From an uncultured Actinomycetota bacterium (GTDB lineage Bacteria; Actinomycetota; Actinomycetes; CAVWCF01): a stretch of DNA of 64,000 nt. Positions 19,497 to 31,423 of this stretch are shown one piece after another (position 1 is the first letter of the stretch; each line of letters starts with the position of its first letter). The stretch covers positions 384,001-448,000 of the forward strand of contig CAVWCF010000001.1 in assembly GCA_963753435.1 (NCBI GenBank), in the 5' to 3' direction. A program made the position numbers and the translations under genes. Below the pieces are notes generated by a model, which was not told the DNA's origin, did not search any database, and saw only the letters and a list, made by a program, of their open reading frames with translations.

Positions 19497-20713
19497 CGAA
19501 CGCTTTCGGACGCGTCGATACCGACGGCAACGTCTGGCTCACAACTGACGCAGGCGAGGTTCAGATCGGTTCGTTCCAGGCCGGCGATGCCGACGCGGCG
19601 ATGGCGTTCTTCACCACGCGGTACGACGGCCTGGCCGCAGACGTCGACCTGCTGGCCAAGCGCGTGCAGACCAAGAAGGTCAGCCCATCGGATGCGCGCA
19701 AGGCTCTTGCCGGGCTGCGCGAATCGGTGAGCAGTCCCAACGGAATCGGCGACTACGCGGCACTGACGGCGAAGCTGACCGGCATCGAGGCGGACATCGA
19801 GAAGCTGGCCGCCCACGCTGCCGCCCAGAAAGCCGAAAAGCGTGCGGCCGCGCAGGCCCAGCGCGAAGCGATCGTCACCGAGGCCGAAGGCCTGGCCGAC
19901 AGCGGCCAGTTCCGCGACGGCGCGAACACCTTCCAAGAGTTGCTGGAGCGCTGGAAGTCGGCCCCGCACGCCGACCGCAGCGCCGAGCAGGACCTCTGGA
20001 AGCGCTTCAGCAAGGCACGCAATCGGTTCGAGCGGCGACGTCGGGCCCACGCCGCGGAGATGGCTGAACAGCGCGAGGCGGCTCAGCAGAAGAAGGAAGC
20101 CCTGGTCAAGGAGGCCGAGTCATTGGCGGACTCGACCGAGTGGCGGGAAACGGCCACCCGGTTCCGGGATCTGATGACTGAGTGGAAGGCGGCCGGCCGC
20201 GCCAAGCGCAACATCGACGACAAGCTCTGGGAGCGTTTCCGCGCTGCGCAGGACCAGTTCTTCACTGCCCGCAAGGCCGATCTGGACAAGCGCGACACCG
20301 CATTCAGCGGAAATCTCGAGAAGAAGGAGGCCTTGCTCGTCGAGGCCGAGGCGATCCTTCCTGTTACCGATCCGGACCAGGCCCGTGAAGCCCTGCGCCG
20401 AGTTCAGGAGCGATGGGAAACCATCGGGCACGTTCCGCGCGACGCGAAGTCCCGGGTGGAGGGGCGACTGAAAGCAGTCGAGCAGGCTGTGCGCAAGGCC
20501 GAGGACGACCGGTGGCGCGCCACCAACCCCGAAGCGCGCGCTCGCGCGCAGAGCACGGTGGACCAGATCACCTCATCGATCGCTTCCCTGCAGCAGGATC
20601 TGCAGGCAGCTCCGGCCGAGTCCAAACGGGCGCAGGAACTGCGAGACGCACTGACACAACGTGAGGCCTGGCTGATTGAGGCGCAGAAGGCGCTTACCGA
20701 GTTCGGCGGCTGA
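19493..20713 (+). CDS. DUF349 domain-containing protein
   Basis: FGRVDTDGNV start, repeated helical units with W-K...LWxRF, conserved position next to rel. Confidence 0.88.
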   Translation: MTNAFGRVDTDGNVWLTTDAGEVQIGSFQAGDADAAMAFFTTRYDGLAADVDLLAKRVQTKKVSPSDARKALAGLRESVSSPNGIGDYAALTAKLTGIEADIEKLAAHAAAQKAEKRAAAQAQREAIVTEAEGLADSGQFRDGANTFQELLERWKSAPHADRSAEQDLWKRFSKARNRFERRRRAHAAEMAEQREAAQQKKEALVKEAESLADSTEWRETATRFRDLMTEWKAAGRAKRNIDDKLWERFRAAQDQFFTARKADLDKRDTAFSGNLEKKEALLVEAEAILPVTDPDQAREALRRVQERWETIGHVPRDAKSRVEGRLKAVEQAVRKAEDDRWRATNPEARARAQSTVDQITSSIASLQQDLQAAPAESKRAQELRDALTQREAWLIEAQKALTEFGG

Positions 20714-20722
20714 TCCAGCGGA

Positions 20723-23038
20723 TCAGTCGGGGCGGGCGCTGGTCATTCGATACGCGTCGAACACACCGTCCACCTGCCGTACTTGCCCCAGTAGGTGATC
20801 CAGATATCCCGGGTCGCCCATCTCAAACGAGAACCTGCTGATGGCCATGCGGTCACGGTCCGTCCGCACTGATGCGCTCAAGATGTTCACATGCCCCTCG
20901 GAGAGGACCCGGGTGACGTCGGACAGCAACCGCGGCCGGTCCAGCGCCTCCACCTGGATGTTCACTAGGTACACCGACTCCGACGTCGGCGCCCATTCCA
21001 CATCCACGATGCGATCGGGCTCCTGCTGCAGCGACGTCACATTGATGCAATCAGATCGGTGCACGGAGACGCCGGCGCCACGGGTTACGAAGCCGATGAT
21101 CGGGTCTGGCGGGACGGGCGTGCAGCAGCGGGCCAGCTTGACCCAGACGTCCGGATCACCGGCCACGACGACACCTGGGTCGGTGCTGGGCCGACCCCGG
21201 CGGGCGGTAACCCGGCTTGGCAGCGCAGCCTCGGCCAGATCCTCCACGGCACCGTCGGCGCCGCCGTGGGCACCCATGAGGCGCTTCACCACATCCGCGG
21301 ACTGCACCTGACCATCGCCGACAGCGCGGTACAGCGCGTTCACATCGGTCAGGTGCAAGTCCTTCAGGACCGCCTGCAGTGCCTGCCCGGAAAGGATCCG
21401 ATGCAGGGGCAGGCCCTGCTTGCGAATGGCCCGAGCCAGCAGGTCCTTGCCCTGATCGACGGCCTCCTCGCGTGCCTCCTTTGTGAACCAGGACTTGATC
21501 TTGCTGCGGGCCCGACCACTGGCGACGAAATTCAGCCAGTCCCGGCTGGGCCCGGCGCCTTCGGCCTTGGACGTGAAGACCTCGACGGTGTCGCCACTGC
21601 TCAGCTTGCGCTCAAGCGGCACCAGTCGGCCGTTGATGCGGGCGCCGATGCATCGATGCCCAACCTCGGTGTGTACCGAGTAGGCGAAGTCGACGGGCGT
21701 GGAGCCGGTAGGCAAGGCGACAACGTCGCCTTTAGGAGTGAACACGAAGATCTCGCCGGAACCGATGTCGAACCGCAGCGACTCCAGGAATTCGCTGGGG
21801 TCGGCCGTCTCCTTCTGCCAGTCGACGATCTGCCGCAGCCACTGCATCTCCGAATCCGCGTTGCCCCCCTTTGCCTCCTCCTTGTATTTCCAGTGCGCCG
21901 CGACGCCGTACTCGGCTCGGCGGTGCATGTCGTGGGAGCGGATCTGCACCTCGACGGCGCGCCCCTCCGGCCCGATGACAGTGGTGTGCAGGGATTGGTA
22001 GAGATTGAACTTGGGCATCGCGATGAAGTCCTTGAAGCGCCCCGGTATCGGCTTCCAGCGCGCGTGCACTGTTCCGACGGCCGCGTAGCAGTCGCGTTCG
22101 GACTCGACCAGCACGCGGAGCGCGACTAGGTCATAGATGTCGTTGAAGTCGCGGCCGCGCACGATCATCTTCTGGTAGATGGAGTAGTAATGCTTAGGCC
22201 TGCCAGTGACCGTTGCCTTGATCTTGTTGGCCTTGAGGTCCTCCTCCACCGTGCGGATGACCGAAGCCAGGTACTCGTTGCGACTTGGCGCCTGATCGGC
22301 GACCAGGCGAACGATCTCCTCGTAGACCTTTGGATACAGCGCCGCGAAGGACAGGTCCTCCAACTCCCACTTGATCGCGTTCATCCCAAGGCGATGCGCC
22401 AGTGGCGCGTAGATCTCCAGGGTCTCGCGGGCCTTCTTCTGCTGCTTTTCCGCCGGGAGGAACTGCAGTGTGCGCATGTTGTGCAGCCGGTCGGCCAACT
22501 TCACCAGCAGGACCCGGATGTCGCGCGCCATCGCCAGCACCATCTTGCGCACGGTCTCGGCCTGCGACGATTCGCCGTAGGTGACTCGGTCAAGCTTGGT
22601 CACACCGTCGACCAGCAATGCGACCTCGTCGCCGAACTCCGCACGAACGTCATCGAGTCCGTAGTCGGTGTCCTCCACGGTGTCGTGCAGCAGGGCCGCT
22701 ACCAGCGTGGGTACGCCCATCCCGAGGTCGGCGAGGATGTGTGCGACCTCGACCGGGTGCGTTATGTAGGGCTCTCCCGATTTGCGCGCCTGACCGGCGT
22801 GCAGGCGGTCCGCGGTCTCGAAGGCGCGAACCAAAGGGGCTATGTCGGTCTTGGGATGGTGCTGCCGAAGCGCGGGCACCACCTCGACAAGGGGCTCCGG
22901 GATCGCCGAGCGCTCCCCCCGAAGTCGGCGCAGGCGCGACCGACGCACCTCCGGTGCGGGCCCGCCGGATCCTGGGACCTTGGCCGCGCGAGCACTGCTC
23001 GACGGCACGTCGACCGGGGGAACATCCCTGCCGCTCAC
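20723..23038 (-). CDS. relA: bifunctional (p)ppGpp synthetase/hydrolase Rel
   Basis: [50 protein letters not shown] and ACT domains. Confidence 0.97.
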   Translation of the reverse strand: MSGRDVPPVDVPSSSARAAKVPGSGGPAPEVRRSRLRRLRGERSAIPEPLVEVVPALRQHHPKTDIAPLVRAFETADRLHAGQARKSGEPYITHPVEVAHILADLGMGVPTLVAALLHDTVEDTDYGLDDVRAEFGDEVALLVDGVTKLDRVTYGESSQAETVRKMVLAMARDIRVLLVKLADRLHNMRTLQFLPAEKQQKKARETLEIYAPLAHRLGMNAIKWELEDLSFAALYPKVYEEIVRLVADQAPSRNEYLASVIRTVEEDLKANKIKATVTGRPKHYYSIYQKMIVRGRDFNDIYDLVALRVLVESERDCYAAVGTVHARWKPIPGRFKDFIAMPKFNLYQSLHTTVIGPEGRAVEVQIRSHDMHRRAEYGVAAHWKYKEEAKGGNADSEMQWLRQIVDWQKETADPSEFLESLRFDIGSGEIFVFTPKGDVVALPTGSTPVDFAYSVHTEVGHRCIGARINGRLVPLERKLSSGDTVEVFTSKAEGAGPSRDWLNFVASGRARSKIKSWFTKEAREEAVDQGKDLLARAIRKQGLPLHRILSGQALQAVLKDLHLTDVNALYRAVGDGQVQSADVVKRLMGAHGGADGAVEDLAEAALPSRVTARRGRPSTDPGVVVAGDPDVWVKLARCCTPVPPDPIIGFVTRGAGVSVHRSDCINVTSLQQEPDRIVDVEWAPTSESVYLVNIQVEALDRPRLLSDVTRVLSEGHVNILSASVRTDRDRMAISRFSFEMGDPGYLDHLLGQVRQVDGVFDAYRMTSARPD

Positions 23039-23144
23039 GTGCGCCCTATCGCCTGCTCGTCGCGCTCGCCATTCCCCGAGTCTAGAAGCACTCCGGGTTG
23101 GCCGAATCCGCCCGGATCTCCAGCGAGGGGTGGCCTTGGGCTGT

Positions 23145-23681
23145 TCAGTAGCGCAGCAGCGACTGGATCGGCACTCCGGGCAGCCGGTCCCGGCCGTTTA
23201 GGAACTCCAACTCGATCAGAACGCTCAGTCCGGTGACGTCCGCCCCCGACGCACGCACTAACTCAACCGTGGCCGCCGCGGTACCGCCTGTAGCCAAGAC
23301 GTCGTCGACGATGAGCACGCGCTCACCAGGCTGGAACGCATCGGTGTGCACCTCGATCGTGGCCGATCCGTACTCCAAGGTGTACTCACGCGCATTGGTG
23401 TCACGCGGCAGCTTGCCGGCCTTGCGAACGGGCACGAATCCAGCCGCCGCGTGATAGGCCACGGCCGCCCCCAGGATGAAGCCGCGTGCCTCGATCCCCA
23501 CAACCGTGTCGATGACACCTCGGCCATAGTGGTTGACCATCTTGTCCACCACGGCGCTGAAGGCCACCCGGTCCGACAACAGCGGTGAGATGTCCTTGAA
23601 CACCACCCCGGGCTCGGGGAAGTCGGCTACGTCGTGGACTCGCTCCCGCAGGAACGCATCCAGATCCGCTGGGCTGGTCAT
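23145..23681 (-). CDS. apt: adenine phosphoribosyltransferase
   Basis: [43 protein letters not shown] 23681 overlaps the secF stop. Confidence 0.96.
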   Translation of the reverse strand: MTSPADLDAFLRERVHDVADFPEPGVVFKDISPLLSDRVAFSAVVDKMVNHYGRGVIDTVVGIEARGFILGAAVAYHAAAGFVPVRKAGKLPRDTNAREYTLEYGSATIEVHTDAFQPGERVLIVDDVLATGGTAAATVELVRASGADVTGLSVLIELEFLNGRDRLPGVPIQSLLRY

Positions 23682-24799
23682 GGCCGCTTGCTGCGCGGCT
23701 GGCGGCGTGGCTGCGCGCGATCCGCGGAGCCGCTGGACACCGTTGTCGAAGCCTTGCCAGTCCGGTTCACCGCAGTGACCCGAGGCAGGGCCGGTCCGAC
23801 CGAACTGGTGATGTACTCGCCACCGCGGGCTTCCACTCGCTTGGCAAGAGCGCGCATCTCCGGCTCGCGCTCCTTTATCTGCGCCAGAACCGGGGTCGCG
23901 ATGCAGATGGAGGAGTAAGTGCCGACAGCGATACCGACGAAGAGCGCCAGCGCCAGGTCCTTGAGCGTGCCGGCTCCGAGCAGGAACGCACCGCCGAACA
24001 GGATGGCGACGATCGGCAGCAGCGCGATCACCGAGGTGTTCAGCGAGCGCACGAGCGTCTGGTTGACCGCCAGGTTCGCCGCCTGGGAGTAGGTCCGTCG
24101 ACTGCCCGACGTGATGCCCCGGGTGTTCTCCTTGACCTTGTCGAAGACGACAACGGTGTCGTACAGCGAATACCCAAGGATTGTCAGGAAGCCGATGACC
24201 GTGGCCGGCGTCACCTCGAATCCGGTCAGCGCGTACACACCCACGGTCAGGACGACGTCGTGCAGCAGGGCAACCAGCGCTGCCACAGCCATCTTCCATT
24301 CGAAGAAGATGGCCAAATAGATGACGATCAGCGTCAGGAAAACCGCCAAGCCGGTGAGGGCCTTGCGCGTGATCTCCGAACCCCAGGACGGGCCGACGAT
24401 CTGCGACGAGATGGTGTCCAGATCGGTGTCGAGAGCCTCGGCCAACTCAATGGACACCTGCTCGGTTTCCTGCGGGGACAGCGAGACGGTCTGCACGCGA
24501 ATGGACCGCCCGGCCGAACCGCCATCCGCTTCGGTGACGATCGGTGCCTCGGCGACACCGGCGGCGGCCACCGCATCCCGGGCCTCTTCGACGGTCCCGG
24601 AAACCGTGGGAACCGTGAAGACCGCACCCCCGGTGAACTCCACCCCCAGGTTGAGGCCGCCGCGGAAGATGATCGCGGCCAGGCTCAGCGCGATCAGGAG
24701 CACGGACAGCAGGTACCACCGCTTGCGCTGGCCGACGAAGTCGTAGGCCTTCTCGCCGCGGTAGAGGCGTCCGCCCCAGCTGCCGGTCTTGGACATCAT
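23678..24799 (-). CDS. secF: protein translocase subunit SecF
   Basis: GVEFTGG, VGPSWG, HDV, GYSLYDTVVVFDKVKEN, RSLNTS, GTYSSI. Confidence 0.96.
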   Translation of the reverse strand: MMSKTGSWGGRLYRGEKAYDFVGQRKRWYLLSVLLIALSLAAIIFRGGLNLGVEFTGGAVFTVPTVSGTVEEARDAVAAAGVAEAPIVTEADGGSAGRSIRVQTVSLSPQETEQVSIELAEALDTDLDTISSQIVGPSWGSEITRKALTGLAVFLTLIVIYLAIFFEWKMAVAALVALLHDVVLTVGVYALTGFEVTPATVIGFLTILGYSLYDTVVVFDKVKENTRGITSGSRRTYSQAANLAVNQTLVRSLNTSVIALLPIVAILFGGAFLLGAGTLKDLALALFVGIAVGTYSSICIATPVLAQIKEREPEMRALAKRVEARGGEYITSSVGPALPRVTAVNRTGKASTTVSSGSADRAQPRRQPRSKRP

Positions 24800-26361
24800 G
24801 CCTCCTGGCCGACTGTCACGGGGGTGGGCTCGTCTTCGGATGGGATGCCGAGGCTGCGGTCACTCATGCCGGAGAGCGGTCGACCTTCCCCGAAGAACTT
24901 GGTGCGCGCCAACAAAGTGAGCACCGGCTTGGTGAAGAGGAACACCACCACCAGGTCCACCAGCGTGGTCAGCCCCAGGGTGAACGCGAAACCACGCACG
25001 TTCCCGACGGCCAGTACGTAGAGGATGGTCGCGGCCATCAACGACACGATGTCGGCCAGCACGATCGTCCGGCGTGCCCGCGCCCATCCCGTTTCGGTCG
25101 CGACCCGCAGCGACTGCCCCTCACGCACCTGGTCTCGGATGCGTTCGAAGAGGACCACGAACGAGTCGGCCGTGATGCCGATGGCCACGATCACACCGGC
25201 GATGCCGGCCAGGGTCAGGGTGTAGCCGATCCCCTCGCCGAGGAAGACCAGTAGCCCGTATGTCATGGCGGCGGCCACCGCCAGGCTCAGGATGACGACC
25301 ACGCCGAGGCCGCGGTAGTAGAGCAGGCTGTACAGGGCCACGAGCAGCAACCCAATGGCACCGGCGATGAGGCCCGCCTGCAGCTGGTCGTCGCCCAACG
25401 TCGGGGACACGGTCTGCACGTCGGCGGTTTCAAATGCCAGTGGCAAGGCGCCGTAGCGCAGAATCTGGGACAGGTTCTGCGCCGTCTCCTGGGTGAACTG
25501 ACCCGTGATCTGCGGCCGGCCGTCGGTGATTGGGGAGATGACCCGCGGTGCGGATTGCACGACCCCGTCCAGGACGATCGCAAACTGGTTCGTCGGCTCC
25601 GGATTGTCGACCAAGTCGGTCGTGGCTTCGGCGAACGATGCAGTCCCGGCGGAGTCGAATTGGATCAGGACAACCCACTCCGACAGGCCGTCCTGAGTCA
25701 GGACGGCGTCAGCCTCGCGGATGTTCGTCCCCTCGACCACGGCCGGGGACAACAAGTACTTGGCCGCACCGGAGGCGTCACAGGTGACCAAGGGCTTGTC
25801 GGCCTCATCCGGGGAACCGCCTTGACGGTTGGCGTCCTGGGTGCAGTCCAGCCCCGCGAACGCCTCTGTCAGTTCCGGCGTTACCTCGGTGCCTTCGGGC
25901 TGAATGGGCGGTGCCTGTTCGGTCGGCGCCGCCCCCTCGATCGGCGTCGCAGCAGCGATCTGCAGGACGGGACGGAAGTTGAGCAGGGCGGTCCGGCCGA
26001 CCAACTCCACGACGTCGGACTGGGTGGCGCCCGGAACGGACACGACGATGGTGGCGTTGGCACCGCTGCCCTGCTTTGCGACCTCGGCCTCGGATACGCC
26101 CAGACCGTTGACACGCTGTCGAATGATCTCGACGGCCTGGTCAATCTGGGCGTCGGTGACTTCGCCCTCAGCCCCCTCGATGACGCGGGGAACAAGCGTC
26201 ACCTGCGTGCCGCCACGCAGGTCCAGGCCCAGTTTGGGCGTCAGCACCCCCGATACACCCATCCAGATACCCAGGATGATCAGCAGAACTGTGACTATCG
26301 CCAGGGCGCGCCACGGTCGCGGCACCGTGGCACCGCCGGAACGACTTGTGGAGCTACTCAC
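24796..26361 (-). CDS. secD: protein translocase subunit SecD
   Basis: KLGLDLRGG, RVNGLGVSE, FAIVLDG, GALP, VSPTLG, DSFVVLFERIRD, VRGFAFTL. Confidence 0.96.
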   Translation of the reverse strand: MSSSTSRSGGATVPRPWRALAIVTVLLIILGIWMGVSGVLTPKLGLDLRGGTQVTLVPRVIEGAEGEVTDAQIDQAVEIIRQRVNGLGVSEAEVAKQGSGANATIVVSVPGATQSDVVELVGRTALLNFRPVLQIAAATPIEGAAPTEQAPPIQPEGTEVTPELTEAFAGLDCTQDANRQGGSPDEADKPLVTCDASGAAKYLLSPAVVEGTNIREADAVLTQDGLSEWVVLIQFDSAGTASFAEATTDLVDNPEPTNQFAIVLDGVVQSAPRVISPITDGRPQITGQFTQETAQNLSQILRYGALPLAFETADVQTVSPTLGDDQLQAGLIAGAIGLLLVALYSLLYYRGLGVVVILSLAVAAAMTYGLLVFLGEGIGYTLTLAGIAGVIVAIGITADSFVVLFERIRDQVREGQSLRVATETGWARARRTIVLADIVSLMAATILYVLAVGNVRGFAFTLGLTTLVDLVVVFLFTKPVLTLLARTKFFGEGRPLSGMSDRSLGIPSEDEPTPVTVGQEA

Positions 26362-26444
26362 CTGTGGGCGTCCTCTCCCTCAGCCGGATCTGCGTCGGCC
26401 GGGGGACGCAGTATTCCCCACGCCCCGGCTGGGACCGGCGACCC

Positions 26445-26810
26445 CTAGCCGCGGCGGTCGTCATCGTCGCTTCCGCCGGCCGGAGACTCCGGCTCATTCG
26501 GGACGTCGCCGGAGGAGTCGAGCCCACTGTCGTTCAGATCCGACTCGGCCAACTCGGCCGGCTCCGGAACTAGGCCGCCGATCCCCCAACTCGCCCACTC
26601 GGTTATCACGCCCGGTGCCACTTCGACCCGAATCAGTTCACCTTCGACCGAGGTGACCGTGCCGATCAGCCCGCTGTGGGTCATCACCCGGTCCCCCGCC
26701 GACAGGGACTGCACCACCTGCTGCTGCTTTCGCCGACGAGTCTGGGTGGGCCGAATGATCAAGAAGTAGAACGCAGCCAGCGGCAGCGCGATAAGCAGCA
26801 GGGCGTCCAT
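26445..26810 (-). CDS. yajC: preprotein translocase subunit YajC
   Basis: FYFLIIRP, GDRVMTHSGLIG; between ruvB and secD. Confidence 0.92.
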   Translation of the reverse strand: MDALLLIALPLAAFYFLIIRPTQTRRRKQQQVVQSLSAGDRVMTHSGLIGTVTSVEGELIRVEVAPGVITEWASWGIGGLVPEPAELAESDLNDSGLDSSGDVPNEPESPAGGSDDDDRRG

Positions 26811-26854
26811 CGGGTCCTCTCAAAGACCCGCGGAGTGTACGCGCGCCTACAGCA

Positions 26855-27889
26855 TCAGTCTTCGAACGGCAGGCCCGGCGACTCCCCCGGCGCGGGTGCA
26901 GCCAGTCCGAGATGCGTCCAGGCAGCGCTGGTCGCCATCCGGCCGCGGGGGGTGCGCGCGAGGAGGCCCTGCCGCAGCAGGAACGGCTCGGACACCTCCT
27001 CGACCGTCTGCGGTTCCTCCCCTACCGAGAGCGCCAAGGTCGACAGCCCCACTGGTCCCCCGCTGAAGCGTTCGCAGAGGGCGCTGAGCACGGCTCGGTC
27101 GAGTCGGTCCAATCCCCGGTCGTCGACTTCGTACAACGACAGCGCGGCTTGGGTCGTGGGCAGGCCCACCGAATCCTCGCCCGCGACCTGCGCGTAGTCC
27201 CGGATGCGGCGCAGCAGCCGGTTGGCGATTCGCGGCGTGCCGCGGCTGCGTTGGGACAACTCCAACACCGAGTCGGCATCCACTTCGACGTCCAGCAAGT
27301 TCGCCGACCGCCGGATCACACTGGCCAAGTCGGCCGGGTCGTAGTAATCCAAGTGGGCGGTGAAGCCGAAACGGTCCCGAAGCGGGGCGGGCAACAAGCC
27401 AGACCTGGTCGTGGCGCCGACCACCGTGAAACGCGGCAACTCCAGCGGGATGGCGGTGGCCCCGGGGCCCTTACCCACGACGACGTCCACCCGGAAGTCC
27501 TCCATGGCCACGTACAGCAGTTCCTCAGCAGCCCGCGCCATGCGATGGATCTCGTCGAGGAAGAGGACCTCCCCCTCCTCCAGGGAACTGAGGATTGCCG
27601 CCAGGTCCCCGGCGTGCTGAATGGCCGGACCGCTCGTCAGCCGCAGCCCGGTACCCATCTCCGCGGCCACGATCATCGCCAGCGTCGTCTTGCCCAGGCC
27701 CGGTGGCCCGGACAACAGGACGTGGTCGGGGGCGGTGCCGCGCGCTGCGGCGGCCTGCAGCAGCAAGGCCAACTGCTCCTTGACCCGGTCCTGCCCGATG
27801 AACTCCTCCAGCCGGCGCGGCCTTAGGGCGCTTTCGGCGGCACTCTCGGCCCCGTGGGCTTGGCCCGAGAGGACCTCGGCGTCGTTCAT
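26855..27889 (-). CDS. ruvB: Holliday junction branch migration helicase RuvB
   Basis: [44 protein letters not shown]. Confidence 0.97.
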   Translation of the reverse strand: MNDAEVLSGQAHGAESAAESALRPRRLEEFIGQDRVKEQLALLLQAAAARGTAPDHVLLSGPPGLGKTTLAMIVAAEMGTGLRLTSGPAIQHAGDLAAILSSLEEGEVLFLDEIHRMARAAEELLYVAMEDFRVDVVVGKGPGATAIPLELPRFTVVGATTRSGLLPAPLRDRFGFTAHLDYYDPADLASVIRRSANLLDVEVDADSVLELSQRSRGTPRIANRLLRRIRDYAQVAGEDSVGLPTTQAALSLYEVDDRGLDRLDRAVLSALCERFSGGPVGLSTLALSVGEEPQTVEEVSEPFLLRQGLLARTPRGRMATSAAWTHLGLAAPAPGESPGLPFED

Positions 27890-28476
27890 GCGCGCTGCAT
27901 CCCGCGAAGCGCCGCACGCAGCAATTCCGCCAGAGGTTGCTCGGCGGGGGCGTCGCTCAGTGCCTCGTCGGCGGCCGCGGCGGCTTCCCGGGAGGACCAG
28001 CCCAAGGACTGCAGCGCCTGCAGCAGCGCCGCCCGCCGGGCGTCACCGACAAAGGCTGCGGGCAGGGAGCCGGCCGCCGGCCCCAGCCGGTCCTTGAGTT
28101 CGAGAACGATTTTGCGGGCGCCTTTCGGTCCGACACCGGGGATGCGACACAGCGCCTCCACGTCTTCCGTGGCCACGGCGGCACGGAGTTCGTCCGCGGA
28201 AAGGACCGCAAGCGCGGCCAAGGCCAGGCGCGGCCCGATTCCACTCGCAGTCTGGAGGAGTTCGAACACAGTTCGTTCGTCGTCGTCGGCGAAGCCGTAG
28301 ACAGTCAGGGAGTCCTCGCGCACGACCAGGGTCGTTGCCAGGGCCGCTCGGGCGCCGACGCGCAGGTCAGCCAATGTGCTCGGCGTGCACATCAACCTCA
28401 GCCCGATCCCGCCGACTTCGATTACGGCGGCGTCCGGGCCGAGCGCGGCAACCGTTCCGCTCACCGAGGCGATCAT
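27886..28476 (-). CDS. ruvA: Holliday junction branch migration protein RuvA
   Basis: [38 protein letters not shown]. Confidence 0.96.
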   Translation of the reverse strand: MIASVSGTVAALGPDAAVIEVGGIGLRLMCTPSTLADLRVGARAALATTLVVREDSLTVYGFADDDERTVFELLQTASGIGPRLALAALAVLSADELRAAVATEDVEALCRIPGVGPKGARKIVLELKDRLGPAAGSLPAAFVGDARRAALLQALQSLGWSSREAAAAADEALSDAPAEQPLAELLRAALRGMQRA

Positions 28477-28979
28477 CGAGCCGCCGCCTCGGCCAGTCGC
28501 TGCAGCGAGGAACCACGCCACACGTGACACACGGCCAGCGCGAGGGCATCGGTGGCATCCGCGGGCCGGGGTGCGGCATCCAGGCGCAGCAACCGGGTCA
28601 CCATCGCGGCGACCTGCGCCTTGTCAGCCCGGCCACTACCGGTGACCGCCGCTTTGACTTCGCTGGGGGTGTGCATGCCGACGGGGAGACCGCGCTCGGC
28701 CGCGGCCAGGAGCACCACTGCTGAAGCCTGCGCGGTTCCGATGACCGTGCGCAGGTTGTGCTGGGCGAAAACGCGCTCGACAGCGACCGCGTCGGGCCGA
28801 AACTCATCGAGTACTGCGGATGCCTCGACCGCCAGATCGCGCAATCGCTGCGCCGTCTCCGCCGTAGCCGCCGTGCGCCAAACGCCACCGGCGACCAGGG
28901 TCGGGGGCCGGCCCACCGTTCCGTCGACCACGCCCCAACCGCAGCGGGTCAACCCCGGGTCCACGCCAAGCACCCGCAC
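28473..28979 (-). CDS. ruvC: crossover junction endodeoxyribonuclease RuvC
   Basis: [40 protein letters not shown]. Confidence 0.96.
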   Translation of the reverse strand: MRVLGVDPGLTRCGWGVVDGTVGRPPTLVAGGVWRTAATAETAQRLRDLAVEASAVLDEFRPDAVAVERVFAQHNLRTVIGTAQASAVVLLAAAERGLPVGMHTPSEVKAAVTGSGRADKAQVAAMVTRLLRLDAAPRPADATDALALAVCHVWRGSSLQRLAEAAAR

Positions 28980-28992
28980 CCGCGCACCTCCG

Positions 28993-29012
28993 ATCCGAAC
29001 AAGTGTTCGGAT
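28993..29012. promoter_or_regulatory. LexA (SOS) box upstream of ruvCAB
   Basis: Perfect inverted repeat ATCCGAAC-AAGT-GTTCGGAT containing the Gram-positive/actinobacterial CGAAC-N4-GTTCG; abuts a TAACAT -10 candidate and the GGAGG SD. Confidence 0.9.
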
Positions 29013-29055
29013 GTTATGCGCCGGGTGGAGTCGATGGGCAGCGACGCGCCGGTGG

Positions 29056-29805
29056 TCAGCTCACCTCGGCGAGGACCTCGTCGGAAGCGTCGAAGTTGGA
29101 GAAGACGTTCTGCACGTCATCGCAGTCCTCCAGGGCCTCAATCAGCCGGAAGACGGCCCGGGCACCGTCAGCGTCGACCTCCACCGTGACGCTGGGCAGG
29201 AACTGCGCCTCCGCCGACTCGTAATCGAGTCCGGCCGCCTGCAACGCCGACCGCACGGGCACCAGGTCCGTTGCCTCGGAGACGACCTCTAGAGCGTCGC
29301 CCAGGTCGTTGACCTCTTCGGCGCCGGCATCCAAGACCGCGGCCAGGACGGCATCCTCGTCGGCGCCGGCCTTGTCGACCAGCACCACACCCTTGCGGGT
29401 GAACATGTAGGAAACCGAGCCCGCATCGGCCAACGACCCGCCGTTGCGGCTGAAAGCCGTGCGCACGTCCGACGCTGCGCGGTTGCGGTTGTCGGTCAGG
29501 CACTCGACCAGCAGGGCGACACCGTTGGGGCCGTAGCCCTCCAGCATCACCGTCTGGTACTCCGCGCCGCCAGCTTCCAGTCCGGCACCGCGCTTGACCG
29601 CGCGGTCGATGTTGTCGTTGGGGACGCTGCTCTTCTTTGCCTTCTGGATGGCGTCATAGAGGGTGGGGTTACCGGCCGGATCCGCGCCACCTAGCCGGGC
29701 GGCGACCTCCACGTTCTTGATGAGCTTGGCGAACAACTTGCCGCGCTTGGCGTCGATTGCGGCCTTCTTGTGCTTGGTCGTAGCCCACTTGGAATGGCCG
29801 GACAT
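29056..29805 (-). CDS. yebC: YebC/PmpR family protein
   Basis: [36 protein letters not shown]. Confidence 0.96.
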   Translation of the reverse strand: MSGHSKWATTKHKKAAIDAKRGKLFAKLIKNVEVAARLGGADPAGNPTLYDAIQKAKKSSVPNDNIDRAVKRGAGLEAGGAEYQTVMLEGYGPNGVALLVECLTDNRNRAASDVRTAFSRNGGSLADAGSVSYMFTRKGVVLVDKAGADEDAVLAAVLDAGAEEVNDLGDALEVVSEATDLVPVRSALQAAGLDYESAEAQFLPSVTVEVDADGARAVFRLIEALEDCDDVQNVFSNFDASDEVLAEVS

Positions 29806-29817
29806 CGCCTCTACTCC

Positions 29818-30423
29818 CTATCGCGTGCGAACCGAATCAACGAACAGCGCGTGAATCCGGTCGTCGGTACCCAGTTCGGGGTGGAATGCGGTCGCCATCA
29901 GACGCCCCTGCCGAACCGCAACGATCCTACCGGCGGCCGGTCCGGACTCGACCCGACCGAGAACGTCCACGGCAGGGCCGGCCGACTCGACCCACGGCGC
30001 GCGGATGAAGACCGCGTCCACTGGTTCGGGGCCAACAGCAGCGATCGGCACCGGCGCCTCGAACGAGTCAACCTGGCGACCGAACGCGTTGCGGCGCACA
30101 GTGATGTCGATGCCACCGATCTGCTGCTGGTCCTCCCGCCCGTCCAGCACCCGATCGGCAAGCAGGATCATCCCCGCACACGAGCCAAGCATCGGCAGGC
30201 CGGCGGCACGCGCCTCGCGGATGGGCCGCAGCAGATCGAAAACGCCCAGGAGCAGGGAGATGGTCGTCGACTCCCCGCCAGGTATGACCAGTCCGGCCAC
30301 CGACTCGAGGTCCGATTCGCGACGAACCGCTAGCGCATCAGCCCCGGCGCGGACCAGTGCCGCGACATGCTCGGCGACGTCTCCCTGTAGCGCTAGGACA
30401 CCGATGCGCGGGGCCGGACTCAC
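29818..30423 (-). CDS. pdxT: pyridoxal 5'-phosphate synthase glutaminase subunit
   Basis: [41 protein letters not shown]. Confidence 0.96.
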   Translation of the reverse strand: MSPAPRIGVLALQGDVAEHVAALVRAGADALAVRRESDLESVAGLVIPGGESTTISLLLGVFDLLRPIREARAAGLPMLGSCAGMILLADRVLDGREDQQQIGGIDITVRRNAFGRQVDSFEAPVPIAAVGPEPVDAVFIRAPWVESAGPAVDVLGRVESGPAAGRIVAVRQGRLMATAFHPELGTDDRIHALFVDSVRTR

Positions 30424-31322
30424 CAACCCCGGTCGGCGTAGCGCTCGGTCGCCGGCAGCGTGTCCACGTTGATACCCACCATGGGCTCACCGAGGCTGCG
30501 GGACACCTTCGCGATGACATCCGGGTCGTCGAAGAAGGTGGTCGCCTTGACGATCGCGGCGGCCCGCGCCGCCGGATCACCGGATTTGAAGATCCCGGAA
30601 CCGACGAAAACCCCCTCCGCGCCGAGCTGCATCATCATCGCCGCATCCGCCGGCGTGGCGATGCCTCCGGCCGTGAACAGCACGACCGGCAGCCGACCGG
30701 CTTCGGCCACCTCGCGCACCAGCTCCACCGGTGCGCGCAGGTTCTTCGCGGCGCCGAACAACTCCGCCTCATCCATGGTGCCCAGGCGCTTGATGTCGGC
30801 GCGGATCTGTCGCATGTGCCGGGTGGCCTCGACCACGTTGCCCGTCCCGGCCTCCCCCTTGGAGCGGATCATGGCCGCGCCTTCGCCGATTCGCCGCAGC
30901 GCTTCGCCGAGATCGGTTGCTCCGCACACGAACGGCACGGTGAAGGGCCACTTGTCGATGTGGTGCTCTTCGTCGGCCGGGGTAAGCACCTCCGATTCGT
31001 CGACGTAGTCAACGCCAAGGCTTTGCAGGACCTGCGCTTCGACGAAGTGACCGATGCGGGCCTTGGCCATGACCGGGATGGAAACCGCCCCGATGATTCC
31101 CTCGATCATGTCCGGATCGCTCATCCGGGCAACGCCGCCCTCGACACGGATGTCGGCCGGCACCCGCTCCAGGGCCATCACGGCCACCGCGCCGGCGTCC
31201 TCTGCGATGCGGGCCTGCTCGGGGGTGACCACGTCCATGATCACACCGCCCTTGAGCATCTCGGCCATGCCGCGCTTGACCCGCGCGGTTCCGACGACTC
31301 CGCCGTTGCCTGATTCGGACAC
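30420..31322 (-). CDS. pdxS: pyridoxal 5'-phosphate synthase lyase subunit
   Basis: [43 protein letters not shown]. Confidence 0.97.
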   Translation of the reverse strand: MSESGNGGVVGTARVKRGMAEMLKGGVIMDVVTPEQARIAEDAGAVAVMALERVPADIRVEGGVARMSDPDMIEGIIGAVSIPVMAKARIGHFVEAQVLQSLGVDYVDESEVLTPADEEHHIDKWPFTVPFVCGATDLGEALRRIGEGAAMIRSKGEAGTGNVVEATRHMRQIRADIKRLGTMDEAELFGAAKNLRAPVELVREVAEAGRLPVVLFTAGGIATPADAAMMMQLGAEGVFVGSGIFKSGDPAARAAAIVKATTFFDDPDVIAKVSRSLGEPMVGINVDTLPATERYADRGW

Positions 31323-31423
31323 CTGGCACCTCTGTTTGCCCGTTGGGAAATGTCTGCCGATTCTACGGGCCTGCGGCCAAATTGCCGTACTCCGAGAACC
31401 TCCTAGGCCCCAGACAACGGCTC

